Assembly: GCA_040285825.1 (NCBI GenBank) | Contig: JAUPSS010000003.1 | Span: forward strand, 1,426,001-1,490,000 | Length of the DNA: 64,000 nucleotides | Direction of reading: 5' to 3' | Source: Eukaryota sp. TZLM1-RC | Lineage: Eukaryota > Protista > Metamonada: BaSk clade | In this document: positions 46,001-56,576 of the stretch, piece after piece | Position numbering within the stretch: position 1 is the stretch's first letter | Layout of the letters: each line of letters opens with the position of its first letter | Notes under the pieces: model-generated | The model's input: the letters and a program-made list of their open reading frames with translations, nothing else | Databases searched by the model: none | Told to the model about the DNA's origin: nothing | Program-made: the position numbers and the translations under genes

Positions 46001-47143
46001 TTAAAACAAAACAATTCCAACTTTTTTACTTTCAATTGGATTTAAATTCCAATTGAATAAATAAAAATTTAAGTTACCATCACCAGGTCCAAATTTGCAA
46101 TCTTTAATAAACAAATCATTGTCCATTATGGTTAGACAATTAACAACATCAATATTATTTACCTTTGCATAATTAATCACTGAGTTGACCATATCTTTTA
46201 AAGGAATTGAGTTACAAGCATAATAAAACAAATAGGCAGCATTTAAAGTTCCTTGATTTCCCTGCAACACACGTGATGGAAGGTGATAGTAGCTCATAAA
46301 GTCAGAGACTTCTCCATTCTCAGTCAAAAATACAAAAGAGTCAACTATACTCTTTCTGGGAACGAAGAAATGACGAACTTCTTCCTTAGAAAAGACCGGC
46401 GCCACCTCATATTTACTCAATTGCTGGTTAAGCAAATCAGAAACAATGTCCACGTCATCTTCAGTCATGGGTCTCATTCTTATTCCTTTTGGTACAACAA
46501 CAGTACCATAGAGTTTGGAATAGGTAGAGATCTTATCATCAGGAAGTGAGAGAAAATCAGTCTCAACCAGTTTCTTAATGTTGAGAGGTCTGTGGTAGTA
46601 CTGAGCGACTGAGTAGGGAGTTGGAATCCTAATTCCTGCAGTATAGGCAGCAAAATAAATCCCTTCTAGGTTAACCCTTCTCGTAATTTCCCTGATGAGA
46701 ACTGGGGCTAAACGTTTGGTTCTTAAAGAGGTATGAACGCACAAAAAATTAATGTCAACAATATCAACTTCTTCCTTCTTGATTTTCATGTGTTGAGGTG
46801 TTGCTGCGATGAACGCTAGGAGAGTACCAGTGGACGACCGGATAGCCAAGTGCCACTGAGAAAGATAGCCAGGAACTGTTAAAGCCCACATGAGGAATTC
46901 AGCAGAGTAGTTGAAACGAAATAAGCTGTCACTATCTTCTACGTAGTGGTTTGAAAGTAGTGTGTATAATTCAGTAAGATCGTTGGTATTAGTGACGTCT
47001 AAGGTTACCCAAGAGAAGTTGGGAGGAAGTGGTAGAGGTGTTTTAGACACTTCTTTGGGTATTTTAATAGGTCCTTCCTCTTCAGCTGAAGATACTTCTT
47101 GACGTACAGGTTGAGTGTTCCAAAACTTATGTGTAGAACTCAT
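46001..47143 (-). CDS. NMT: Glycylpeptide N-myristoyltransferase
   Basis: HKFWNTQPV, HYVED, INFLCVH...RLAPVLIREITRR, YTAG, GDGNLNFYLFNW. Confidence 0.97.
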   Translation of the reverse strand: MSSTHKFWNTQPVRQEVSSAEEEGPIKIPKEVSKTPLPLPPNFSWVTLDVTNTNDLTELYTLLSNHYVEDSDSLFRFNYSAEFLMWALTVPGYLSQWHLAIRSSTGTLLAFIAATPQHMKIKKEEVDIVDINFLCVHTSLRTKRLAPVLIREITRRVNLEGIYFAAYTAGIRIPTPYSVAQYYHRPLNIKKLVETDFLSLPDDKISTYSKLYGTVVVPKGIRMRPMTEDDVDIVSDLLNQQLSKYEVAPVFSKEEVRHFFVPRKSIVDSFVFLTENGEVSDFMSYYHLPSRVLQGNQGTLNAAYLFYYACNSIPLKDMVNSVINYAKVNNIDVVNCLTIMDNDLFIKDCKFGPGDGNLNFYLFNWNLNPIESKKVGIVLF

Positions 47144-47290
47144 TATTACAGATATTGTCTATAACAATGAAATAAGTGTCCTTTTTACACCAATGTAGAG
47201 GGTTTGAGTTTTTGAGTTTTTGAGAAGTGGAAGATTTTCTCCTTAATACCTTTTTCTTTCAACCTTCATCAACCGTGGCTCTCTGTAGGT
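47144..47290 (-). ncRNA. Candidate Fanzor omegaRNA scaffold (copy B2)
   Basis: 115-nt tail between the Fanzor stop (47259-47261) and the NMT ATG; last 39 nt identical to 63706-63744. Confidence 0.5.
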
Positions 47291-48970
47291 ATACTAGTCT
47301 ATCTCTACCCTTTACATGTGCTTCCATCACTGTCAACATATTCAGCGAAGCATTTCGATCTCTATTCCCCAAACTTTTGCATGATTTACTCATGGTAAGC
47401 CCGTGACGAAAAGACATCTCATACCTGTTTCATGGTCTAGGTTTTCTGCACCATCGGAATGTTTCAACTGTTTTCTCCGCTTTCTTGCAGTTGAAACAAC
47501 AGCAACTGGTTCGAAACTCATCAATTAAAGAGACCTTATAACCAGCCTTTTTAAATAGAATTCTCAAACCTTTTCCTTTGGTAGGTTCTTTGAAATTCAT
47601 GTGTTTTCGTTGTTCCCAGTCTTTGATTCCAATAACTACTTGGCTGATCGCTAATTTCTGATTTGAATCTTTGAATCCGTTTGTGCCTCAGCCTTTGTAC
47701 CATTTGTCTCACCCCATTGTCTCAGTTTTCTGAATATTTCTAGATGATAAATTTCACTAATGATGTCATTTATATAATTGTTTTCCTGACTATACTGCAT
47801 AAATCTCTCAAATCTGCATCTTTTGAGGTTGAACTGGGATAAAGTTGCTTCCCATTCTGCTATAGATTCAGTTTTTTGTTCATTATTTCTCAAATTGAAT
47901 GAGTAGTCAATTTCATGGGGAATATTGATTTCTTGAGGTACTTCACCTCTTAATAAACTAATTGTTCGTTCAGTCATTTGATTAATTATACTGCTGCTTA
48001 AAGCCATCCTTTGCTGTTGCTCTTCAGGCGGTTCATAATTGGATAGATCAATTACTCTACTAGTAGAGTTACTTGTTGTGATAAGAGTGTCATTCCGTAT
48101 GCTGTCTCTTATTCTTTTGAATTTGGAACTTTTGGGCTCAAATCTTCGTTGATTTTTGAATCTACCTGAAATTAACATATTATCTGTCTTTGATGTGTTT
48201 TGAATGTTTCATTCCAGTAGCCAAATTGGCAGAAAAATAGAGTAGATCAGATTATAGCAGCAGCAAGGAATATATCTTGAAATTCAGAAGGATTAATCCT
48301 GGGGTCGTCAGGATATTTTTCTTTAACTTTCAATTCTTTTGCAGTTACCTTGTATTTTTTCAAGTCAATTCTAAATTGAATGAATGATGCTGTAATCCAT
48401 CAGTCTCGATGCTAGACATGATTTTCGGAACTTTCTGAATAAAGTTTCGTGTTTTTAATCCTGTCCATTTTCAAAATGGTGTCCCATAAAACCAAATCAG
48501 CAACTTGATTATTAGTTTGGTATGAGGACTTTTGACAGAAAATGTCCTTGTATTCGGCAAAGAACAAGTCCAATAAACTTGTCTTGTCAATTCTGATATA
48601 GGAGGGAATACAACAATTCTTCAAAGGCAGAGCATGAAAGAGTTTGCTCTCCTTTTTTTCTAAATAATTATTAATATACAACATTGCTCTCAAGTACAAA
48701 TTTGTTCTTAACAGAAAATCAATCTTTGAATATTTTTGCCTTTTAGAATCACTGGGAATTAAAAGAGGGATTCGGTCATTAATGAAAAGCGAAGGAATTG
48801 ACGAGACTTCTTTTCTTATTGTAGATGTTTCACCATCATTATCTCTACATCCTTCTAGAAGGAGAGATTCAACTTTGTTGATAAATGATGAAAAGTTCTT
48901 CTTATCTTGCTTTTTCAAAACGTTTTTGTTTCTCCTAACATTATAGAAAATAACAACAAACCGATCCATG

Positions 48971-49684
48971 CAGGGATAGTAAAAAATATATTGTATTGCA
49001 ATATTTGCGCAATATATTTATTGTAAAGGTTGGCGTATTGCAATAGTATTGCAATATATTGCAATTATATTGCAGAAGATGGACTGTCTCATAATCAGAG
49101 ATCAGCTGTTGTCCAACTTCTGAAGACCGATGTTGGGGCATCAGACTCCCAATCTCCCGCTTCTCCTCTTTCTGCAAAACTTGCAGAAGTTTCGTCGTCT
49201 TCAACGCTTAATTCCTCTCGTTATATCGATCTGACTTTCATTCCACCTACTTCTAATGAAATTGAACGTCTCTTCAGTCGAGCAAAACTTACTGTTGGCT
49301 GTTTGAGATTCAGGTTATCTCCCTTTTCTCTCGAGAAGCAACTTTTTCTCCTCTATAACAAAACTCACTGGTCAGAAAACACAATCAAACTTATCATGTT
49401 GTCACATCCTTGTGCAACAGTCAGTCAGGGAGCACGTGAAGCTGATGAGGACTTTGATTAGTGGTTTTTTGCTCATTCAATAAAAAGATATCTTCATGAA
49501 TTTCTGTCTATATGTACCAAACTGGAGTTGTTGTTTATGGGTGGATATTGCAATATATTGCAATATATTTATTGCACACCGATGCAATATTGGATATTTA
49601 TTGCAATAAAAATATAGTAGCAATATATTTATTGCATCTACCAAAAATATCAATATTATTGCAATATATTTTTTCCAATCCTTG
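48971..49684 (+). mobile_element. Non-autonomous hAT DNA transposon (714 bp) inside Fanzor B2
   Basis: 8-bp TSD GATCCATG (48963-48970 and 49685-49692), imperfect TIRs CAGGGATAGTAAAAAATATATTG / CAAGGATTGGAAAAAATATATTG, many subterminal ATTGCAAT palindromes, hAT dimerisation remnant IPPTSNEIERLFS...RFRLSPFSLEKQLFL. Confidence 0.92.
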
Positions 49685-49997
49685 GATCCATGTAATCAAA
49701 GTAATGCTCTTCGATGTTATTTTTGAAATTGAAATTCACAATAAGTTTGTCAATTGCGTAATACAGAAAAATTACTGATTTCTTTTTGATAAAAGTTTTG
49801 GAACAAGTTTGTCTTTCAAGTGTTGGTGATAGAATTCCAACAATGGCGCACAACGAGGTTTTTGTAAAGCTGTTTTTTCTTTGGGTTAAGGGAACTTTCC
49901 TCCTCACTTTGAAACGTGATCACAAGAATAGTGTTACGAAACAATTGCGTTTCAATATTGGTAATATTTCATCAGCGTTTAAGTCAAGAAGATTAAC

Positions 49998-50929
49998 TTT
50001 TATTAAACTAACACACTTGACAAACTTAAATCATCACTAATGGGACGAAATTCATTGAACCAAAATTTCCTCTACAATATCTTGATCTGCTTGCTGTCTA
50101 GCTAAAGCTTCTCTAATTCGATTGAAAAACCGAGGTAATTTATTAATAAGGGCAAATTGAATTCGAGAGCGCCATAAAAAGATATCAAATCTTTTCATTG
50201 TTTTTTCTTGAACCATTTTTTGGAAATTAATCAAAAAAGTTCCTGCTTCTACTGATAGTCTTCCATTTATCGAAAATGGAAAAGCAATATAAACAAGTGG
50301 TCTATTCCTATCAGCATTAGCTTCTTCGATATCTTTGTCATATTTTCTATGTCTTTTCAGCTTTAAATTCAAGAGCGCTTACAGAATTAAGTTTTCTTTG
50401 AACCAAAGTGTCATTTGCAACATTACAGGAGACAAAGTCAACAATAGCTTCAGAATTATCAATCCAATCACAGTATACATCACCTCTATCATCAGAACCA
50501 AAATTATTCAATGACAGTGTTTCCTTCAGCAAAGGTTCTTTGATACACGAGCTGCTTGCAGTTCGTGCCATATTGAAAACAATGTCTCTAACAGCATCAT
50601 GTAATGAAGAAGGAAAGGTCATCAATTTAGAACAATTCAAAGCATGACGTAAAGTGAGCTGTGGTGAATTCGAACAAATACATTTTCCTTTAATAAAAAT
50701 TGATTAATGGGAATATTCAAATATAATCTCATTTTTGTTACAAACGCTTCATTATTAGCACATAATCCAAATCTTCGTGGTACAATGGTTACAAAAAGTG
50801 AAGAATCTGATGACTGATTTTCACAAACACCATTTTCCAATAACAATGAGTGAAGATCTTGATTTAAAACAGCTGAGCTGCATATATTATTATAAAGATC
50901 ATTTTCATACATTCCAGTCAATCGTTTCT
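49998..50929 (-). mobile_element. 5'-truncated RLE non-LTR retrotransposon, family A
   Basis: Closely similar to 16800-17740 (KRLTGMYE...HDAVRD...EEILVQ*). Confidence 0.88.
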
Positions 50930-51039
50930 GTAATGTACAAAAAGATGCAAATAATAACCACAAATGAATTCTAAACCAACAATAGAAATTTCCTGACACC
51001 TAATTACTGCCTCATCGATCACGTCAATCATTTTGGGAT

Positions 51040-52560
51040 CTCTGATGAAATTTTTTAAGATGCCTTTCTAACCATCATAAGGTTTATGTTTAACAGTTTC
51101 CATGAAAAGGTCATTGTTAAAGAAATTAAATAATTTCATGGTTAAATCTGTATTATCTCAAACAATAAACTGCAACTGCAGTTCTTCTTCGGGATAAGAA
51201 AAAGTCTGAGAAGGAGTCATCTTCATGAACCTTCCAATACTTGCAATATACTGAGGATCAATGTCAATTTTACTTTCCCCTAATGATATTTGATATTTCA
51301 GAAACTGTTTTTAATTTACGTGGTTGATAATAATTTGTGTAATTACTACAAGTATCAACAACAAATCGACCAGTAATTCAAGGGTCCAAGTGTTTGTGAT
51401 TCAATTCAATTAAATTTGAGTTATAGTGTTGAACCCATTCACTATCGTCGATTTCACCTTCAAAAAGACCTCATTTTCAAAACGTGTCATAGTATGTGGT
51501 ATGTTAACTTTGACGATACTGAAACCAGATATTATATGAGGATTATAAGTTTCTAATAATTTTTTAAATGAAGTTAACAATTCTGTTTCAGAGGAATGAT
51601 GATATAAAGTGATATTTTTTTCATCAACTTTGCAACAATGTTCATTTATGCTTGTTGACTGTTCTACAAGATCACAAAAACAAAGATTTAACTCAATCTG
51701 TTCTCGAGTAAAAATATGAGAAACAGAATTTTCAACAATCTTGTAGAATGACAGTAAAAGATGAAATGTTCTCTTGCAGAAATGAGAATTATTTTATCCT
51801 CATCACTGACCTTTTTACCCAACACCAAACTTTAAATATCAAAACAAAAAATTCTGAGAGTAAATTGTGTTTTGACATTTGATGGGGTCACTAAAGGGTT
51901 TTTGTATCGAGTCAGCGGATTCTCATTGAAAAGTGTTTTTACACGTTTCAAAAGTGTGCTCAATACATCAGCTCGCCTTTTTCTGATGGTTTTTTGTACA
52001 AAGGAGCATTTCTGTGTCTTAAATGAGTTTCGTTTATTGTCAACACAGCTATAAAAACATCTTTTGTCTTGATTGACAAAAAAAATAATTTGAGCTGAAT
52101 CAATTGAATTGAACTGATTTGACAAAAATAAATTGATCATCTCTTTTGCAAACAATATGGTGAATATTTCACAATTATGCAAATTAGATTGAAAAAATTC
52201 AGATAAATTCTGACTGATATTGATTCCAAGTTTTTCAAAAACGATTGAATTAATTTTTGAATGTTGTTCTTCACTATGACCAAGACTATCAAAAACAAAA
52301 ACTTTTGCTGTACTGCATTTGATCTAGAATGCAACAAGTACCCAATGATGACCATTAGTAAATTGTTCGTCAACAGATGCAATCAAATTTGATTGACGAA
52401 ATGCATCATTATAGGGTAAAAGAATCAAAGTGTTTTCTTCGAATCAAAGTTTCTTCTGAACTCATTCAGAAGATATTGTTGTGGTGTAAGCAATATTGAA
52501 TAGAGGGTTTTTGAGTGCAAAATCAATTATTTTCAACAAAATTACTATAAAATTTGTAAA
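51040..52560 (-). pseudogene. Decayed family-B DNA polymerase 3'-5' exonuclease domain
   Basis: ExoI-like LRIFCFDI*S (~51830-51860), ExoII-like ETELLTSFKKLLETYNPHIISGFSI...R (~51480-51590), GRFVVD, ExoIII-like AVYCLR (~51155-51175), in the correct order; stops and frameshifts. Confidence 0.6.
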
Positions 52561-52619
52561 TAATCTCGAAAAAATACAATTACTCATTTGTTAAATTGTA
52601 AACATTTTATTACTGATTT

Positions 52620-53760
52620 AAAATGATTAGGCAAATTGTTTGGCCATCAACAACAACGAAAGCGCATGTTTAAGCCATTCATTGATTTTCAATCGAAGTC
52701 CATAAATAGAGGGTATCTCAAAAACTGAAGCAGCAGCATAACTTTTACGAGTATGGTTTAAAGATTTCCGAAAATTAGATTTTTAGTTCTGGCCAAGCCA
52801 AGTCTTAGTTCATAATTCAAGCAATCATACAATTTGATCAGATGATAATGAAACGTTTTCAAGCAAAAACGTAATTTTGGAAGTGATCGGCTTGGAATTT
52901 CTTGAACATTTTGAGGAAAACACTGAGTCCAAATATATCACTGGGCAAATTATCTTATTCAAATTGTAGTAGATTTCAGTAAAAATTATATTCACTATTG
53001 ATCACATGAACATCATAAGGGAACGTTTGGAAAAATTCCGTTTCAAAATATTTTCCACCTTTTAAAACAGCTGCTCTACGGAAAATAGATATTTTGGTAA
53101 GGCCAATTTTACCCATATCTGCAACACGAACTAAATGACTTCGAATCAAGGATACATAAATTTCTAATGCAGAAAGAAAGAATTTGTCCCAAAGTTTGTT
53201 AAAAGGTCTGCAAATATTTAGAGATACCAAAATGTAACATTTGCCGAACAAATTTTTGATAGAAAAAATTGGATGTGTTTATCATTATCACATTCAGCAA
53301 GAACACTGAGATCCTTGCCACAATTCTCCAATATGTTGTTGAACTATGAACAAATTTCATCCAAATTAACGAACCAGCACCCAAGAAACTGAAATCATGA
53401 TTGATAAATGCAATTTGTGCATCGAGAATCACCAAAGGTTGTCTTTCTCTACAATTCAATAGACATTTAGATGGGTTCAAAGCCAGTCCAATTTCATTCA
53501 ATTTGCAAGTAATATTTTACAAATGCTTGTGAAAGAAACGATTAATGAAATAGAATCCATGTAAGCAACAATACGAAATTCAGAAAAATTTATTTTTGGG
53601 TCAATTAAACAATATTGTGAATAGTCAAATGATGAAGCAATGGGCTGAAAGGGTCGCTCTGTTTCGCACCAAAAGAAGATTCAAGAGTGAAGGAAACAAA
53701 AATTAAATCCGACTTTTTCCATAAAATGAATAGAGAAAAAACACAAAGTTGTGGAAAATC
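52620..53760 (-). mobile_element. Heavily decayed non-LTR retrotransposon RT region
   Basis: GAKQSDPF, IVAYMDS, IGLALNPSKCLL and LRLGLA remnants resembling the other RLE elements. Confidence 0.65.
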
Positions 53761-54833
53761 CTGAATAAGCATAAATTCAATTACTCTTCACAGAATTGAA
53801 AGCATTATTAACATCAAACCGAAGCTATTACTTTTGTGTAGATGATTATTTTGTGATGGGTAATTTACATTGAGTCTTGATGACATGATCTATTCATGAT
53901 TAACAAAAAACCCAAGCGTACAAACGAAGGAGATGAATGTTCTTAGCCCGAGTTTCTTCTCAATGACCCCCAAAAATTTCCAAGAATTTTACAAGTTCCG
54001 CCAACAAGTATTCCCTAAAGTCATATGTAAAAAACGTTTTCCACATAACGTTCCCATTTATTAATCAACGTGAAATAATGAGCTCTCACAACTTATTTCT
54101 TTACACATGGTTTAATAGAGATTTTTGGTTTGAGTAACCTTTTCATCAACAAAACACAACTATTCTTCTCGCAGTATTCTCAGAAAAACTGATTCTACCA
54201 AGAAATATTCAAATTGTACAATAACAATTCAGGAACTTTTCAATATATTCATTTCAGATCAAGATTACAAGTCTTAAGTTCCATTAACACATGAATTTAC
54301 ACCATCTTGGACACCCTCAACGTTGTATCACCTTTCCACGTTACTTCAACTATAAATACGTTGTAAAATAATAGAATTTAGGTTAAAAACGGTAAATAAA
54401 TTAATAATTCTGGAAACCTTGATCAACTTCTGTTTTTTTCTGGGAGATATATTCAATTCCTATAAAATCTGTTGAAGAACTCTTAAGACATTTAGTTATT
54501 TCAGTTCCAGGACTATTGGTGGATATTCCTTGATTACCAGAATTTTAAGCCATGTTATATAGACAAGAGCAGTATAATTTGAATTTTTAACACTGGGCTC
54601 ACATATCATAAATCTGAAATTAACATGGGAGATGTCTAAAATCTGTGGCACAATGAACACTATTTATTAATGAAATGAAAACTCAAAAAAAAACTACAAA
54701 AATGCTAAGTTATGAATACTACTTCAAAATCTAAATCATTGAACTCCTTGTTATGGCTAAACCCTGACGTTGATGACATCAACATCATACTGCACAAGGC
54801 TAGAGTAAATGAGCTTTTATTTAAATACTGAAT

Positions 54834-55819
54834 TTACAATATTATTTCATGACAAGAGATTACTCCATCATTCATTCCTGTGTACAAAAAAACCCTGTCA
54901 TTTTCTGTGTGAATCAACGCAACTGAAAGAAAAACGGCATCATCACCTCCCTTTGCAACAAGAGGTGGATCAACAAATCCTAAAAACTTTATTAATCCAT
55001 CTTCCTTTAGTTTAAGAATCAAAGTTTTGGCGGTCCATAGAGACACTGCCAGTAGCGATCCCTCAGATGTGAGGCTGCAAACCCCTGGTAGCATCTCCAA
55101 AGCATTTGAACCTGATAAAGATACGGCTGTAGGTGGCTGGGTAGGAGAGAACACCATAAGTGGATGGTTAGGAGCAGAACCAGCGACAAACAGATGATCC
55201 AGGATGCCCAGTGTCATAACGGCCTCTGGAAAGGGTTGGAATTGAGCAAAATGATGATCAGCTCTTATGTCAAATAAAAATACCCCACCAGATTCATACC
55301 CTATGGCTAAGGTATAGGGAGGTTTGAAAAGGCAAGAAGTTACATGGCCAGTTTTGATAGTCCCATCATCAATAGAGAATGTCTTTACACGATGCAAGTT
55401 TCCTATATCATATAAGATTACCTTGTCATTACTTGAATCCACAACAACAATGGTCGAGGAATCCACAACCAAAGATTTACAAAAGCCTGAATAATTTAGA
55501 TTGAAAGTTTGAATATGAACGTCTTGTTCATAGTCATAAACGATATGTTGACCACCTCTATATTGAATGTTATCAGCAAATACGATTAAGATACATACAT
55601 GAGAATTTGATCTTTAAAAGAAATCTTTTCCACATTTAGGATGCCTCCAGGAAGGGTAGAATCGGAAGGAAAGTTGAGAACTTTCACTGGTCGACGAGAC
55701 TTAACGTTCCAAAAGATGATTGTTGATTGACAAGAAGAAACTAAGGAATTACCAATCCAGCACAGAGAGGTAATGGGGTGCGTATGTCGTCTGAAGGAAT
55801 GACATAATCGTGTAAGCAT
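54834..55819 (-). CDS. WD40-repeat protein (ASA1/GNB1L-like), one short intron starting at 55598
   Basis: Exon 1 FRRHTHPITSLCW...IIFWNVKSRR; exon 2 GFCK, LAIGYESGGVFLFDIR, YTGMNDGVISC; joined by a GTATGT intron ending at 55567 or 55558. Confidence 0.75.
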
Positions 55820-56314
55820 GGGAAATACCCATAAATACACGATCAATTTTTGTGTGGAAAAATTACAAAAACTATCTACTACACAGATACTGAGGCCTTT
55901 CATTACCACTCATTCTTGCTTCATCAATTGCAAACATATTCAGACAAGCCAGCTTATTTCTATTGAAAATCTTTGTTGAGCCTTTGTTACTGAGTTTGCA
56001 ACTGTTACTGTTGCAAGCTAATAAAGGATAACATGTAGTAACTGGAGTCTTTTCTCTTCTATAGAATCTAGGATTTGGTACTCTCAAAAACTTAGCAACT
56101 TATTCAAAACAAACAGGACATTTTGCTGAAGTGAAAGCTTCTTCAATACTTTAAATCCATTTCTTTTCAGAAATTGAATCCATTTAATGCCACGAGTAGG
56201 TCGCTGATGTTTCAAGTTCCTGGAACCTTTTTTACCATAATCACATAATCACCCATTTGTATTAAAGTGTCCTTTGGATTGCCAAGCTGCTGAACAAGGT
56301 TTTTTAACAACCCA

Positions 56315-56576
56315 TGGCTTTCCTTGAGGATTTTGTTGTAGTTGTAAAGGAAAGAACTGGAAGAATTTTCAATCGTGTTTACTGGCAAAACAGGATTGTA
56401 TTTTCTATTTTTAAGGGAATGGTAACACTAATTTCTGATTCACTATCTTCTTTTGGGAAATTTTCTGAATCTTTAGCGATTAATTGTTTTGATGTAGGGG
56501 AGGCAGGTTTTGAGGATGTGGAGTTTTAATTGTGTATTTCATATTTGTTGTTGAATAAAAATAAATATGTTAAAAA
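56315..56576 (+). mobile_element. Short 5'-truncated non-LTR retrotransposon inserted in Fanzor C
   Basis: YWQNRIVFS...EDVEF*, aataaa, short A-tail, 9-bp TSD AACAACCCA (56306-56314 and 56577-56585). Removal restores KIECGLLKNL in frame. Confidence 0.88.

Larger units (their letters stand above)
47144..49997 (-). mobile_element. Fanzor element copy B2, near full-length but decayed, interrupted by a hAT element, abutting the NMT start codon
   Basis: About 1.1 kb closely similar to B1, plus N-terminal Fanzor motifs NNIEEHYFDYMD|RFV (in frame once the hAT is removed), FHALPLKNCCIPSYIRID, LWDTIL and ETDG. The RuvC-I DPGK codons are deleted; 5' end cut by retro family A. Confidence 0.9.

Noticed and set aside
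47144-47182. The 39-nt leader as a general spliced leader or as the 3' end of an intron
   Set aside because: It is absent upstream of the other genes, is contiguous with Fanzor homology, does not end in AG and lacks the CTAAY-NN-TAG signal. It is not excluded without transcript data.
49000-49680. Repeated ATTGCAAT(AT) units resembling a CRISPR-like or satellite array
   Set aside because: Spacing is irregular and the units are confined to both ends of a TSD-flanked hAT element, so they are subterminal transposase-binding repeats.
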